A program made the translations under genes and the position numbers. The notes under the pieces were generated by a model. It was not told the DNA's origin and ran no database searches. It saw only the letters and a list, made by a program, of their open reading frames with translations. DNA of 64,000 nt, from assembly GCA_043228905.1 (NCBI GenBank), contig JBHGNT010000001.1, positions 16,802,001-16,866,000 on the forward strand, in the 5' to 3' direction. The stretch is from Azolla caroliniana (lineage: Eukaryota; Plantae; Polypodiophyta). The number at the start of each line of letters is the position of its first letter. The stretch's first letter is position 1. Of the stretch, positions 12,601 through 22,437 are shown piece by piece.

Positions 12601-13179
12601 CAAAACTTTCTTCGAGATATGCAAGATATGTTGCATATTGCACGAGATAATATAAAAATAGGTCAAGATAGAGCGCGTTTTTATGCCGATCCTCATAGGC
12701 AACCTTGTGTATTCAACCTTGGATAGAAGGTATTTTTACGTGTACCTCACAATTCTAAGACATTGTCTACGGGTAAGTGCGCTAAGTTAGCCCCACGGTT
12801 TTGTGGACCTTTGACAGTCCTCAAACGCATTGGGTCATCAGCCTATCGTCTCGCTCTTCCCGATGGTGTCGGAATTCATCTAGTCTTTCATGTGAGTCGT
12901 CTAAAAGAACTTCTAGGTTCTGGCGACAATACAGTTACGACTAAAACTCTGGTTACTTCTGAAGAATTATCTTCTAAACCACATGTACGAGAAAGAATTC
13001 TCGATGTTAAAACAAAAAAATTACGTACTAAAGAAATCCGAGAATTTAAAATAAAATGGATGGATAAATCAATAAAAGATGCCACATGGGAACGCGAAAA
13101 TTCACTTAGGACTAACTTCCCTAACTTTCCATTGCAGGATTGCAATGTTTTAAAGAGGGGGAGTATGTTACGGGCATGA
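9691..13179 (+). pseudogene. pol: B1 pol (PR, RT, RNase H, INT, chromodomain), multiple stops and frameshifts
   Basis: LFDSGSSHNF, FLDDIL, VETDASDYAIG, WESISMDFI, RILDVKTKK..IKW..DATWE. Confidence 0.93.
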
Positions 13180-13617
13180 CCATATAATATCCTGTGGTGA
13201 GAATTTACCATAGTATTCTATACACGTGGATAAGTGTGAGGGTTAAACGAGAGTGTAAAGAAGGGGAGGATTACATTTAATCCTCGGGATTGAGACAACC
13301 CATTAGGCCAAGTGTGAACTTGCCTTGGGCCTTGGGTATCGCTATAAATAAGAGGCCTAGCTACCCTCATTTGATGATCTTGTTGACTTCATCGAGACTC
13401 TATTGATGGGTCAACTCTTGTAGCGAGCGCACCAGCACCAGGTACGACTCGACGCCATTGCGGTGGTATGGGGCGTCGATCGAGGCTCGAGTCCGTCTCG
13501 ATCCCTTCGCTCGGGGGTGGTCGGGTGGATCGACACCCTTCTTTCTCGCTCTCCTTTCTATCTATCTATCTATATTCTATCCTTATATAATGCTTACATT
13601 AGTTCATGTCTCTAATA
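13166..13617 (+). repeat. 3' LTR of B1
   Basis: Direct repeat of 6593-7049 with scattered substitutions. Confidence 0.95.
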
Positions 13618-14413
13618 AATACCCTAGGGCCTAGATATAGATATGCTAACTCAAAATGTGGAGAAGGCATTTTTGACTACACATTACCCAACACCCATGG
13701 AAATGGGGATTTTGACACTCCACTTATACAAGCCCACATTGTAGATATAAATTTCTAGATGGCCTGTACCACAGGACAACTCAAAAATTCCTATGTTGAG
13801 TGAAACCGTGCAAAACAAGCACATTCTAAATTCAATAATTTGTCTTCACAAAGAAGCTCCTAGAGTAAATCCATCCCACCATGATCCTCCAAATAAACAC
13901 CTTAGCTCTAAAAGGCACGAGATTGCCACCACATTTTAATTGCACTTGCCACCACCTATTGGATCTTGATGCTCCCCATTCTTTATTAATCCGTTCCACC
14001 ATCCATGTATTACCTACCAGTTAGTTTATGATATACATCATTTAATATTACTTTGGCAAGGCTTTTGTGACTTGCAAATATCCAAACAACCTCAAGAGTA
14101 ACCTTAGTTAAATTTGGAATTGGATATTGCAAAGCTAGCATGTCTTGCAACCGGGGCCATATATCATAATAAATTCTCGAAATGTGAAAGTTTGTCCTAG
14201 ATGTCTAACAAGCCATCATTTTTCTTTGGGTTCCCCACATACATTTTACTGAGCCTAAGCGTGCATGACATATAGTTTAAACCGGGGTACGAAGGAGCAT
14301 GTATCCTCCCATCCCAAAAAAGAAGTTACCAAAACATCCAATTGCAAAGAATTCGTATTCTCCCTTTCATGTGAGATGGTACTCTAAATATTCCAATAGA
14401 CTCTATAAAGAGG
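13618..14413 (-). pseudogene. Probable decayed LINE ORF2 remnant, segment 2 (zf-RVT-like)
   Basis: Minus strand ECAC..FLSCPVVQAI*K near 13710-13825 resembles zf-RVT CxxC..HLFxxCPxAxxIW. Confidence 0.4.
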
Positions 14414-14789
14414 TGTAAAAATAGCGTGCGGAAGCAAGTATGAAGACCGAACAGAAGGAAGGAAACTCAGGAGCTTGAGCTTACGCAGTATACGTGAGAG
14501 AGAGAAAACACAAAAACTATATTCAACAACAGATCTCGATTCACTATTCTCTATACATATGTGTGTTCCATGAACACTTTTATACAAGTCCTCGAAGGAC
14601 TGACCGAAGTACTGACCGTACTTCAATGCTCTTTAAGAGCTCCTACACTAACTCCCAAATATATTCCTCACGGAATATCTTTCCTAACGGCCTCCTGGTT
14701 TACGCACTCGGCCTAACCGATTGGTCCCAACCGATCTGGTCCTCGGCTTCTTCAGCCAATCCGGCCGATGTTGAGCTTGTCTCTCAACA
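14414..14789 (-). repeat. 3' LTR of A'
   Basis: Adjacent to PPT at 14790-14800; matches A LTR. Confidence 0.93.
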
Positions 14790-16206
14790 CCCCCCCTCAA
14801 GCTCAATTCGAGGCTCTTCGGGATCCTCGGGCTCACAGCTCCAGTTCCTCCTGGCTTCACGCCTCGCTCGCGCTCCTCGACCTGTTCGACTCCGCGCGCT
14901 TCGACCCTTGCGGTCGGCTTGTCTGCTCATGCGGCCCTTATCAGCTCTTCTGCTGTTGCGGTGTTAACGCTTCTCCTGCTGCCTTTTCTTCCGCTTGGAC
15001 CTCGGTTGATTCAGTGTATCTGAATCAAACATCCAAACCGACTCGGCTACCTCCGATCAGTTTTCGCTCTCGTCCGAGTTGGCTGTCTCCAACTCGTCTT
15101 CGGTCTTCTCGCCCTCGGTGGTGTCATCTTCCCCATGCGAGGTTGGCTTCGGCTCTCTCCTTCGGTTGCTCCCCTTCTGTCCGCTTCTAGACTTTTCCGC
15201 GGGTCCGCCCTCGGCTTCTTCAGCCGATCCGAAGTCCAACTCAACAACCGAGTCAACCGACTCGGTGTCGCGGCCGCGGCCTCTGCTCCTTTCCTGCTGC
15301 TTTGCTTGGTCGTTCAGGACTGTTCTCCCCCTCAAGTTTGGCACGTCGAGGTGACGCAATCCGAGCGCACCGGAGAATTGCCGCAACTTGTCCAGACCAA
15401 GGGGCTTAGTGAAGATGTCGGCAGTCTGCCGATCCGTCGGAACGTACTGAAGTTTTGTAAGGAATCGACACTCCGATTCACCTTCACCACTCGGCCACAA
15501 CCGAGGAAGCGCGAATCAATGCAGCAGAAAATAGGAAACACAGAGAAAGACACGATAACACAGGGATTAACGTGGAAAACCCTAGACGGGAAAAACCACG
15601 GGAGTGCAAGACTCCAACTATCACTCTACGCTGTGAAATATACAATGGCGAGCTGCAAGGCGACGACCTTGAGCTCGCTATCCTCGCCACAGGCGGCGGT
15701 ATTACACAGAGGCGTCGACCTCTTCCTTCTCTCTCTCTCGGCTGCTCTCACTCCGCTCCCTCTAGATGAAAAACAGAAAAATGAGCAACCACATAAAAAC
15801 TGTTTGCCCTAAGTCATATTTATACACATATGACTTTCGGGCTATTTACAACTATAGCCTCAAGGGCCCTTGGCAAACATATTCACAAATATGTCCCCGC
15901 ATCCGGATCTCTCTCCGGGTACATTCGTCATCCGGCTCCGTAACCGGGATCTTCATCATCCGGTTCCGAAACCGCAACCGGGCTTGTCGTCATTCATCTC
16001 CGACATCCGACCATCCCATCCGAAAGGGACCGTAATCCCAACAAACTCCCCCTTCACTTCGGCATGGGATGTCTCTCCAATCCGATCCTCTTCCGGCATG
16101 CTTCCAGTTTGTCGGGTGTGAGCACCTTGGTCAGCATATCCGACCCGTTCTCGTCCGTGTGGACCTTCGTCAGCACGAACTCCTTGTCTTCTATCCTTTC
16201 CCGGAT

Positions 16207-17478
16207 CTAGTGATATCTTCGCTGGATGTGCTTCGTCCGGGAGTGATAGGCCGCGTTCTTCGCAAGGTGGATGGCACTCTGACTGTCGCAGTAGAGTCGG
16301 TACTCCTCCTGTTGGATACCGAGCTCTCTAATGAAGTCCTTCATCCATATTATTTCCTTGCCGGCTTCAATAGCCGCCATGTACTCCGCCTCCGTGGTTG
16401 ACAACGCAACCGTCTTCTGCAGCCTCGACTGCCATGAAACAGCTCCCCCTGCATACGTCATCACATACCCTGATGTGGACCGGCTGGTATCTACATCAGC
16501 CGACATATCCGAATCGGTAAAGCCGTCGAGTTCGGGCTTACCGGAGCCGAATCGGAGGCACACGTTTGCCGTGCCCTTCAAGTATCGGAGTATCCACTTG
16601 GCCGCGTTCCAATGCTCTTTGCCGGGATTGCTCATGTACCGGCTCACCACTCCGACTGCGTATCCAATGTCCGGTCTTGTACACACCATTGCGTACATCA
16701 AGCTTCCGACGGCAGAGGCATATGGCACTTTCATCATGTCCTCCTTCTCAGCCTTTATCTTGGGGCTTTGCTTGCTGGACAGCTTGCAGTTTGCCGGGAG
16801 GGTCGATCCGACCGGTCTTGCTTCCGACATGTTGAACCGTTTAAGCACCTTTGTCACGTACTTCTCCTGTGACAGCCACAACTGCTTCTTGCTCCGGTCC
16901 CGGATGATGTGCATCCCTAGTATTTGTCTCGCCGGACCCAAGTCCTTCATTGAGAAGGTTCGGTGAAGAGCCTTCTTCAGCATCCGCATCTTGACCTGGT
17001 CCCGTCCGACGATCAACATGTCGTCCACGTACAGGAGGAGTATTAGAAAGTCTCCTCCTTCGAACTTCTTCACAAACACGCAGTGGTCGGACTGCGTTTT
17101 GAGGTACCCTTCGTCGGTCATGAAAGAGTCGAACTTCCGGTACCATTGCCGGGGAGCCTGCTTCAGTCCGTAAAGGCTCTTCTTCAACCGGCATACCAGG
17201 TGCTCCTTCCCTTTCTTCTCGAATCCTTCCGGTTGCTGCATGTAGATCTCTTCTTCGAGGTCACCGTGAAGGAATGCCGTCTTCACGTCCATCTGTTCTA
17301 CCTCGAGGTCCATGCTTGCCGCTATGCTCAGCACCGTCCGGATGGAGGTCATCTTCACTACCGGGGCAAATATCTCGTCGAAGTCGACGCCCTTCTTCTG
17401 CTGAAACCCCTTTACCACGATCCTGGCTTTGTATCTCGGGGGTTTCCGGCATCTCCCGGTTTCAGCTTGAACACCCAC
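16207..17478 (-). CDS. pol: C RT-RNase H
   Basis: QMDVKTAFLHG, LYVDDML, ALSTTEAEY. Confidence 0.9.
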   Translation of the reverse strand: MGVQAETGRCRKPPRYKARIVVKGFQQKKGVDFDEIFAPVVKMTSIRTVLSIAASMDLEVEQMDVKTAFLHGDLEEEIYMQQPEGFEKKGKEHLVCRLKKSLYGLKQAPRQWYRKFDSFMTDEGYLKTQSDHCVFVKKFEGGDFLILLLYVDDMLIVGRDQVKMRMLKKALHRTFSMKDLGPARQILGMHIIRDRSKKQLWLSQEKYVTKVLKRFNMSEARPVGSTLPANCKLSSKQSPKIKAEKEDMMKVPYASAVGSLMYAMVCTRPDIGYAVGVVSRYMSNPGKEHWNAAKWILRYLKGTANVCLRFGSGKPELDGFTDSDMSADVDTSRSTSGYVMTYAGGAVSWQSRLQKTVALSTTEAEYMAAIEAGKEIIWMKDFIRELGIQQEEYRLYCDSQSAIHLAKNAAYHSRTKHIQRRYH

Positions 17479-19088
17479 TTGTTTCGAAGTGCCCGTTTTC
17501 CTTTCGGCAACTCCACAAGTTCATATGTGTGGTTCTCATGCAGGGAATCCATCTCGTCCTGCATGGCACTCAACCACCTGCGGCTCTGGATGTCATGCTT
17601 TGCTTCTTCAAAGCTCTCCGGCTCCCCCTCGTCGGTTAGCAGCACGTGCTCTGGTTCCGGAAATCTCCGGGGGGCCCTTCTCTCTCTTAGAGGATATCTC
17701 CGTTCCGGAGCTTCGGTAACCGGCTCCTCCGTTTCCTCTTCATCCGAATCCATTTCGGGATCGGGGCCGGTTCCGGTATCAGTTTCATCTTCCTCGGCCG
17801 GTTCTGTTTCTTCACCGTCTTCGGCCGGATCCTCGAGTGCTAACCGGTCCCTTGCCGGTCGGGACTGCTCCTCGTAGAGTTGATCCTCACCGGTCGACTT
17901 GGAGCTCTTCATCTTCTTCTCCGACTCCCAGTCGGCGAGTGTCTTGTTCTCCATGAAGATGATATCACGACTCCGGAATATCTTCTTGTCGACCGGGTCC
18001 CATACTCGGTAGCCGAACTCGTCATCGCCGTAACCGAGGAATATGCATGGCCGGGTCTTTGGATCTAGCTTTCCTCTCCGGTCCTTAGCCACATGCACAT
18101 ATGCGAGACACCCGAACACCTTCAGATGCCGGCAGGATACTTCCCTGCCGGTCCACACTCTCTGCGGCGTGTCTCCGTCCAAAGGTACTGAGGGTGATCT
18201 GTTTATCACGTATGTCGCCGTCGACATTGCCTCAGCCCAAAACCCCTTGGGTAATTTCGCATGCGCCAGCATACTCCGAACCCTCTCCATTATGGTCCGG
18301 TTCATCCTCTCGGCCAGCCCGTTCAGTTCCGGCGTCTTCGGCACAGTAAACTCGAGCCGGATTCCCTTCGAGCGACAGTACTCCTTGAACTGCCCCCGGT
18401 ATTCCCCTCCGTTATCCGCTCGTATCGCTTTCAGCTTCTTGCCGGATTCCCTCTCCACTCTCACGTGGAGTTCTTTGAAGACGCACAACACTTGGTCCTT
18501 TGTCTTCATCGGTGCCGTCCACAGTTTTCGGCTATGATCATCTATGAATGTTACGAAGTACTGGGCTCCGCCATGTGACTTCGTTTCTACCTGACACACA
18601 TCAGTGTGCACCAACTCCAATGGTGCGCTACGTCTCGTCGGTGGCCTTGAGTGGAAGGAGGTTCGGTTCTGCTTACCGGCCAGGCAATCGGTACACTTCT
18701 CCAGGTGCACATGCTTCACTGGAATAAGGTTGTCTTCTACAAGCCTCTTCATCCCCTTCTCACTCATGTGGCACAGTCTCTTGTGCCACAGCTCACCGGC
18801 AGTGTCGGCTGCCACGTTCAACTCTTCCGGACACAACCAGGCATTCATAAGGTACAATGTGTTGACTTTCCGGGCCCGAGCCACTATCAGGCTCCCCTTG
18901 CTGAACTTCATTACGCCGTTCCGGATGCTAGCTGTGTAGCCTTCATCGTCTATCCTCCCGGCCGAAATCAGGTTCAATCGAACTTCCGGAACGTGTCTGA
19001 CATCCTTCAGCAGCATTTTGCATCCGGTCGAGGTTGTCAACCACACGTCTCCTACGCCGGCAATCCGGCACGTACCTTCATTTCCCAT
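17412..19088 (-). CDS. pol: C integrase and RT N-terminus (frameshifted from next ORF)
   Basis: LWHKRLCH..CTDC, RADNGGEY, NGLAERMNRT. Confidence 0.9.
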   Translation of the reverse strand: MGNEGTCRIAGVGDVWLTTSTGCKMLLKDVRHVPEVRLNLISAGRIDDEGYTASIRNGVMKFSKGSLIVARARKVNTLYLMNAWLCPEELNVAADTAGELWHKRLCHMSEKGMKRLVEDNLIPVKHVHLEKCTDCLAGKQNRTSFHSRPPTRRSAPLELVHTDVCQVETKSHGGAQYFVTFIDDHSRKLWTAPMKTKDQVLCVFKELHVRVERESGKKLKAIRADNGGEYRGQFKEYCRSKGIRLEFTVPKTPELNGLAERMNRTIMERVRSMLAHAKLPKGFWAEAMSTATYVINRSPSVPLDGDTPQRVWTGREVSCRHLKVFGCLAYVHVAKDRRGKLDPKTRPCIFLGYGDDEFGYRVWDPVDKKIFRSRDIIFMENKTLADWESEKKMKSSKSTGEDQLYEEQSRPARDRLALEDPAEDGEETEPAEEDETDTGTGPDPEMDSDEEETEEPVTEAPERRYPLRERRAPRRFPEPEHVLLTDEGEPESFEEAKHDIQSRRWLSAMQDEMDSLHENHTYELVELPKGKRALRNKWVFKLKPGDAGNPRDTKPGSW

Positions 19089-19172
19089 CCGAACACAGCC
19101 ATGCTCACCGGCTGTGTAGGATGAGAAGTATCTTCTTTCCGGGGTCAGGTGGAACGACGCTCCGGAATCGAC

Positions 19173-19272
19173 NNNNNNNNNNNNNNNNNNNNNNNNNNNN
19201 NNNNNNNNNNNNNNNNNNNNNNNNNNNNNNNNNNNNNNNNNNNNNNNNNNNNNNNNNNNNNNNNNNNNNNNN
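19173..19272. other. Assembly gap (100 N)
   Basis: Direct reading. Confidence 1.
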
Positions 19273-20405
19273 TCACGGCAAACGTGTGCCTCCGATTCGG
19301 CTCCGGTAAGCCCGAACTCGACGGCTTTACCGATTCGGATATGTCGGCTGATGCAGATACCAGTCGGTCCACATCAGGGTATGTGATGACGTATGCAGGG
19401 GGAGCTGTTTCATGGCAGTCGAGGCTGCAGAAGGCGGTTGCGTTGTCAACCACGGAGGCGGAGTACATGGCGGCTGTTAAAGCCGGCAAGGAAATAATAT
19501 GGATGAAGGACTTCATTAGAGAGCTCGGTATCCAGCAGGAGGAGTACCGACTCTACTGCGACAGTCAGAGTGCCATCCACCTTGCGAAGAACGCGGCCTA
19601 TCACTCCCGGACGAAGCACAATCCAGCGAAGATATCACTGGATCCGGGAAAGGATAGAAGACAAGGAGTTCGTGCTGACGAAGGTCCACACGGACGAGAA
19701 CGGGTCGGATATGCTGACCAAGGTGCTCACACCGACAAACTGGAAGCATGCCGGAAGAGGATCGGATTGGAGAGACATCCCATGCCGAAGTGAAGGGGGA
19801 GTTTGTTGGGATTACGGTCCTTTCGGATGGGATGGTCGGATGTCGGAGATGAATGACGACAAGCCCGGTTGCGGTTTCGGAACCGGATGATGAAGATCCC
19901 GGTTAAGGAGCCGGATGACGAATGTACCCGGAGAGAGATCCGGATGCGAGGACATATTTGTGAATATGTTTGCCAAGGGCCCTTGAGGCTATAGTTGTAA
20001 ATAGCCCGAAAGTCATATGTGTATAAATATGACTTAGGGCAAACAGTTTTAATGTTGCTACTCATTTTTCTGTTTTTCCACTTAAGAGGAGTGAAGAGAA
20101 AGCAGCCGTGAGAGAGATAGAGCGTGAGAGAGGAAGAGGTCAACGCCTCTGTGTATTTCCGCCGCCTGTGGCGAGGACAGCGAGCTCAAGGTCGTCGCCT
20201 TGCAGCTCGCCATTGTATACTTCTCGTGCATAGTTTTGGTTCGGAGTCTTGTACTCCCGTGGTTTTTTCCCGTACAGGGTTTTCCACGTTAAATCGTGTG
20301 TCCACTTATTTGACTTCTGCATTTCCCATTTTCTGCAACAACGATTCGTGTGTTTCCTTGGTTGTGGCCGAGAGGTGAAGTTTGGAAAGTGTCGATTAAT
20401 TTCCA
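19273..20405 (+). mobile_element. Copia D: RNase H end, PPT and 3' LTR (19804-20405) of a C-family copy in opposite orientation
   Basis: Reverse complement of 16044-16574, then variant LTR TGTTGGG..TTCCA. Confidence 0.88.
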
Positions 20406-21818
20406 TCACTGGAATAAGGTTGTCTTCTACAAGCCTCTTCATCCCCTTCTCACTCATGTGGCACAGTCTCTTGTGCCACAGCTCACCGGCAGTGTCGGCT
20501 GCCACGTTCAACTCTTCCGGACACAACCAGGCATTCATAAGGTACAATGTGTTGACTTTCCGGGCCCGAGCCACTATCAGGCTCCCCTTGCTGAACTTCA
20601 TTACGCCCGTTCCGGATGCTAGCTGTGTAGCCTTCATCGTCTATCCTCCCGGCCGAAAATCAGGTTCAATCGAACCTCCGGAACATGTCTGACATCCTTC
20701 AGCAGCATTTTGCATCTGGTCGAGGTTGTCAACCACACGTCTCCTACGCCGGCAATCCGGCACGTACCTTCATTTCCCATCCGAACACAGCCATGCTCAG
20801 CGGCTGTGTAGGATGAGAAGTATCTTCTTTCCGGGGGTCAGGTGGAACGACGCTCCGGAATCGACCACCCAGGTAGTCTCATCGCCGGCAATGTTTAGTT
20901 CACCTTCTTCGGTGATGAGCATGATCTCCTCCTTCGGTTGCCGCGAGTGCCGTCGTTCCTTTCCGGTCCTGCCCTCGCCGATCCGAACCATTCCGGTCCG
21001 TGGCTCCCCGGTAAGCACCGTTCCGTTCCGAAGACTTCTTCGAATCGGTGTCGTCGGCTCCGTTGTCTTTTCGGTAATGCCGACAATTCTTTCGGAAGTG
21101 CCCCGGCTTCCCACAGTGGAAGCATGTGGGCCTTCCTCTTGACTGCGACCGGGTCCCCGACTTCTCCGTCTTTGCGGACTCCAGTTCCGTTGTCTTCCCC
21201 GATCCGATTCGGTAAACAACATCTTCGGATCGGAGGCCGGTTCTTTATCTCTCCGACGTGCTTCTTCGTTCAAAATACTTGTCTTTACCGTTTGTAGGGA
21301 CAAGTTATCTTCGGTGTAGGAGGTGCTGAGAGTCACACCAAGTTCTCCCAGCTTTCCGGCAATGTACACATCAGAATGATGGCTTGCATTGCATCCTCCA
21401 ACGGGAACTTGATCGCCGCAAGCTGGGTCACGAATCCCATGAACGTGCTTACGTGTTCCACCATACTCTCGCCGTCCCGGTACTTGAGGTTCACTATCTT
21501 CCTCATTAGGGAGGTTCGGTTCAACGCATTCTTCCTCTCGTAGAGGCCGGACAGCTTCCGCCACATCTCATATGCGTTGGTGTCGTTCGCCACATGTTGT
21601 AGAACGCTCACGTCGACGTATTGCCGAATGGTTGCAACGGCTTTCCGGTTCAGAAGCCTCCATTCCGTCTCAAGTACCCCCTTGGGTATTTCCGACCTGT
21701 CGATCGGTTCATACAGGTCCCGAACAATCAGCAGATCCTCCATCTTTATCTTCCAGTCGGCATAGTTCTGCGCATTCAGCACCATCATCCCCGGCTGCCC
21801 GCTGCTGCCGCCTTCCAT
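20406..21818 (-). pseudogene. gag: C gag-protease with frameshifts
   Basis: LNAQNYADWKIKMEDLL, WVVDSGASFH; 20406-20863 duplicates 18716-19172. Confidence 0.88.
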
Positions 21819-22437
21819 TTTCTGCACTGCAGTCGCTCTGATACCAGTTTGTAAGGAATCGACACTCCGATTCACCTTCACCACTCGGCCACAACCGAGG
21901 AAGCGCGAATCAATGCAGCAAAAAATAGGAAACACAGAGAAAGACACGATAACACAGGGATTAACGTGGAAAACCCTAGACGGGAAAAACCACGGGAGTG
22001 CAAGACTCCAACTATCACTCTACGCTGTGAAATATACAATGGCGAGCTGCAAGGCGACGACCTTGAGCTCGCTATCCTCGCCACAGGCGGCGGTATTACA
22101 CAGAGGCGTCGACCTCTTCCTTCTCTCTCTCTCGGCTGCTCTCACTCCGCTCCCTCTAGATGAAAAACAGAAAAATGAGCAACCACATAAAAACTGTTTG
22201 CCCTAAGTCATATTTATACACATATGACTTTCGGGCTATTTACAACTATAGCCTCAAGGGCCCTTGGCAAACATATTCACAAATATGTCCCCGCATCCGG
22301 ATCTCTCTCCGGGTACATTCGTCATCCGGCTCCGTAACCGGGATCTTCATCATCCGGTTCCGAAACCGCAACCGGGCTTGTCGTCATTCATCTCCGACAT
22401 CCGACCATCCCATCCGAAAGGGACCGTAATCCCAACA

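Larger units (their letters stand above)
6593..13617 (+). mobile_element. Chromovirus-type Ty3/gypsy element B1, full length, degenerate
   Basis: Two LTRs, TSD AATAC (6588-6592/13618-13622), PBS, gag-PR-RT-RH-INT-chromodomain, PPT AAAGAGGGGGAG. Confidence 0.96.
15456..22437 (-). mobile_element. Tnt1-like Ty1/copia C, young, nested in RNase H of A'
   Basis: 588-bp LTRs 15456-16043 and 21850-22437 nearly identical; TSD AGTTT; PBS TGGTATCAGAGC 21835-21846; PPT GAAGGGGGAG. Confidence 0.96.

Noticed and set aside
16069-18939. Many long antisense ORFs over C (also over A, A', H, J)
   Set aside because: Shadow frames of GC-rich pol sequence with no independent motifs
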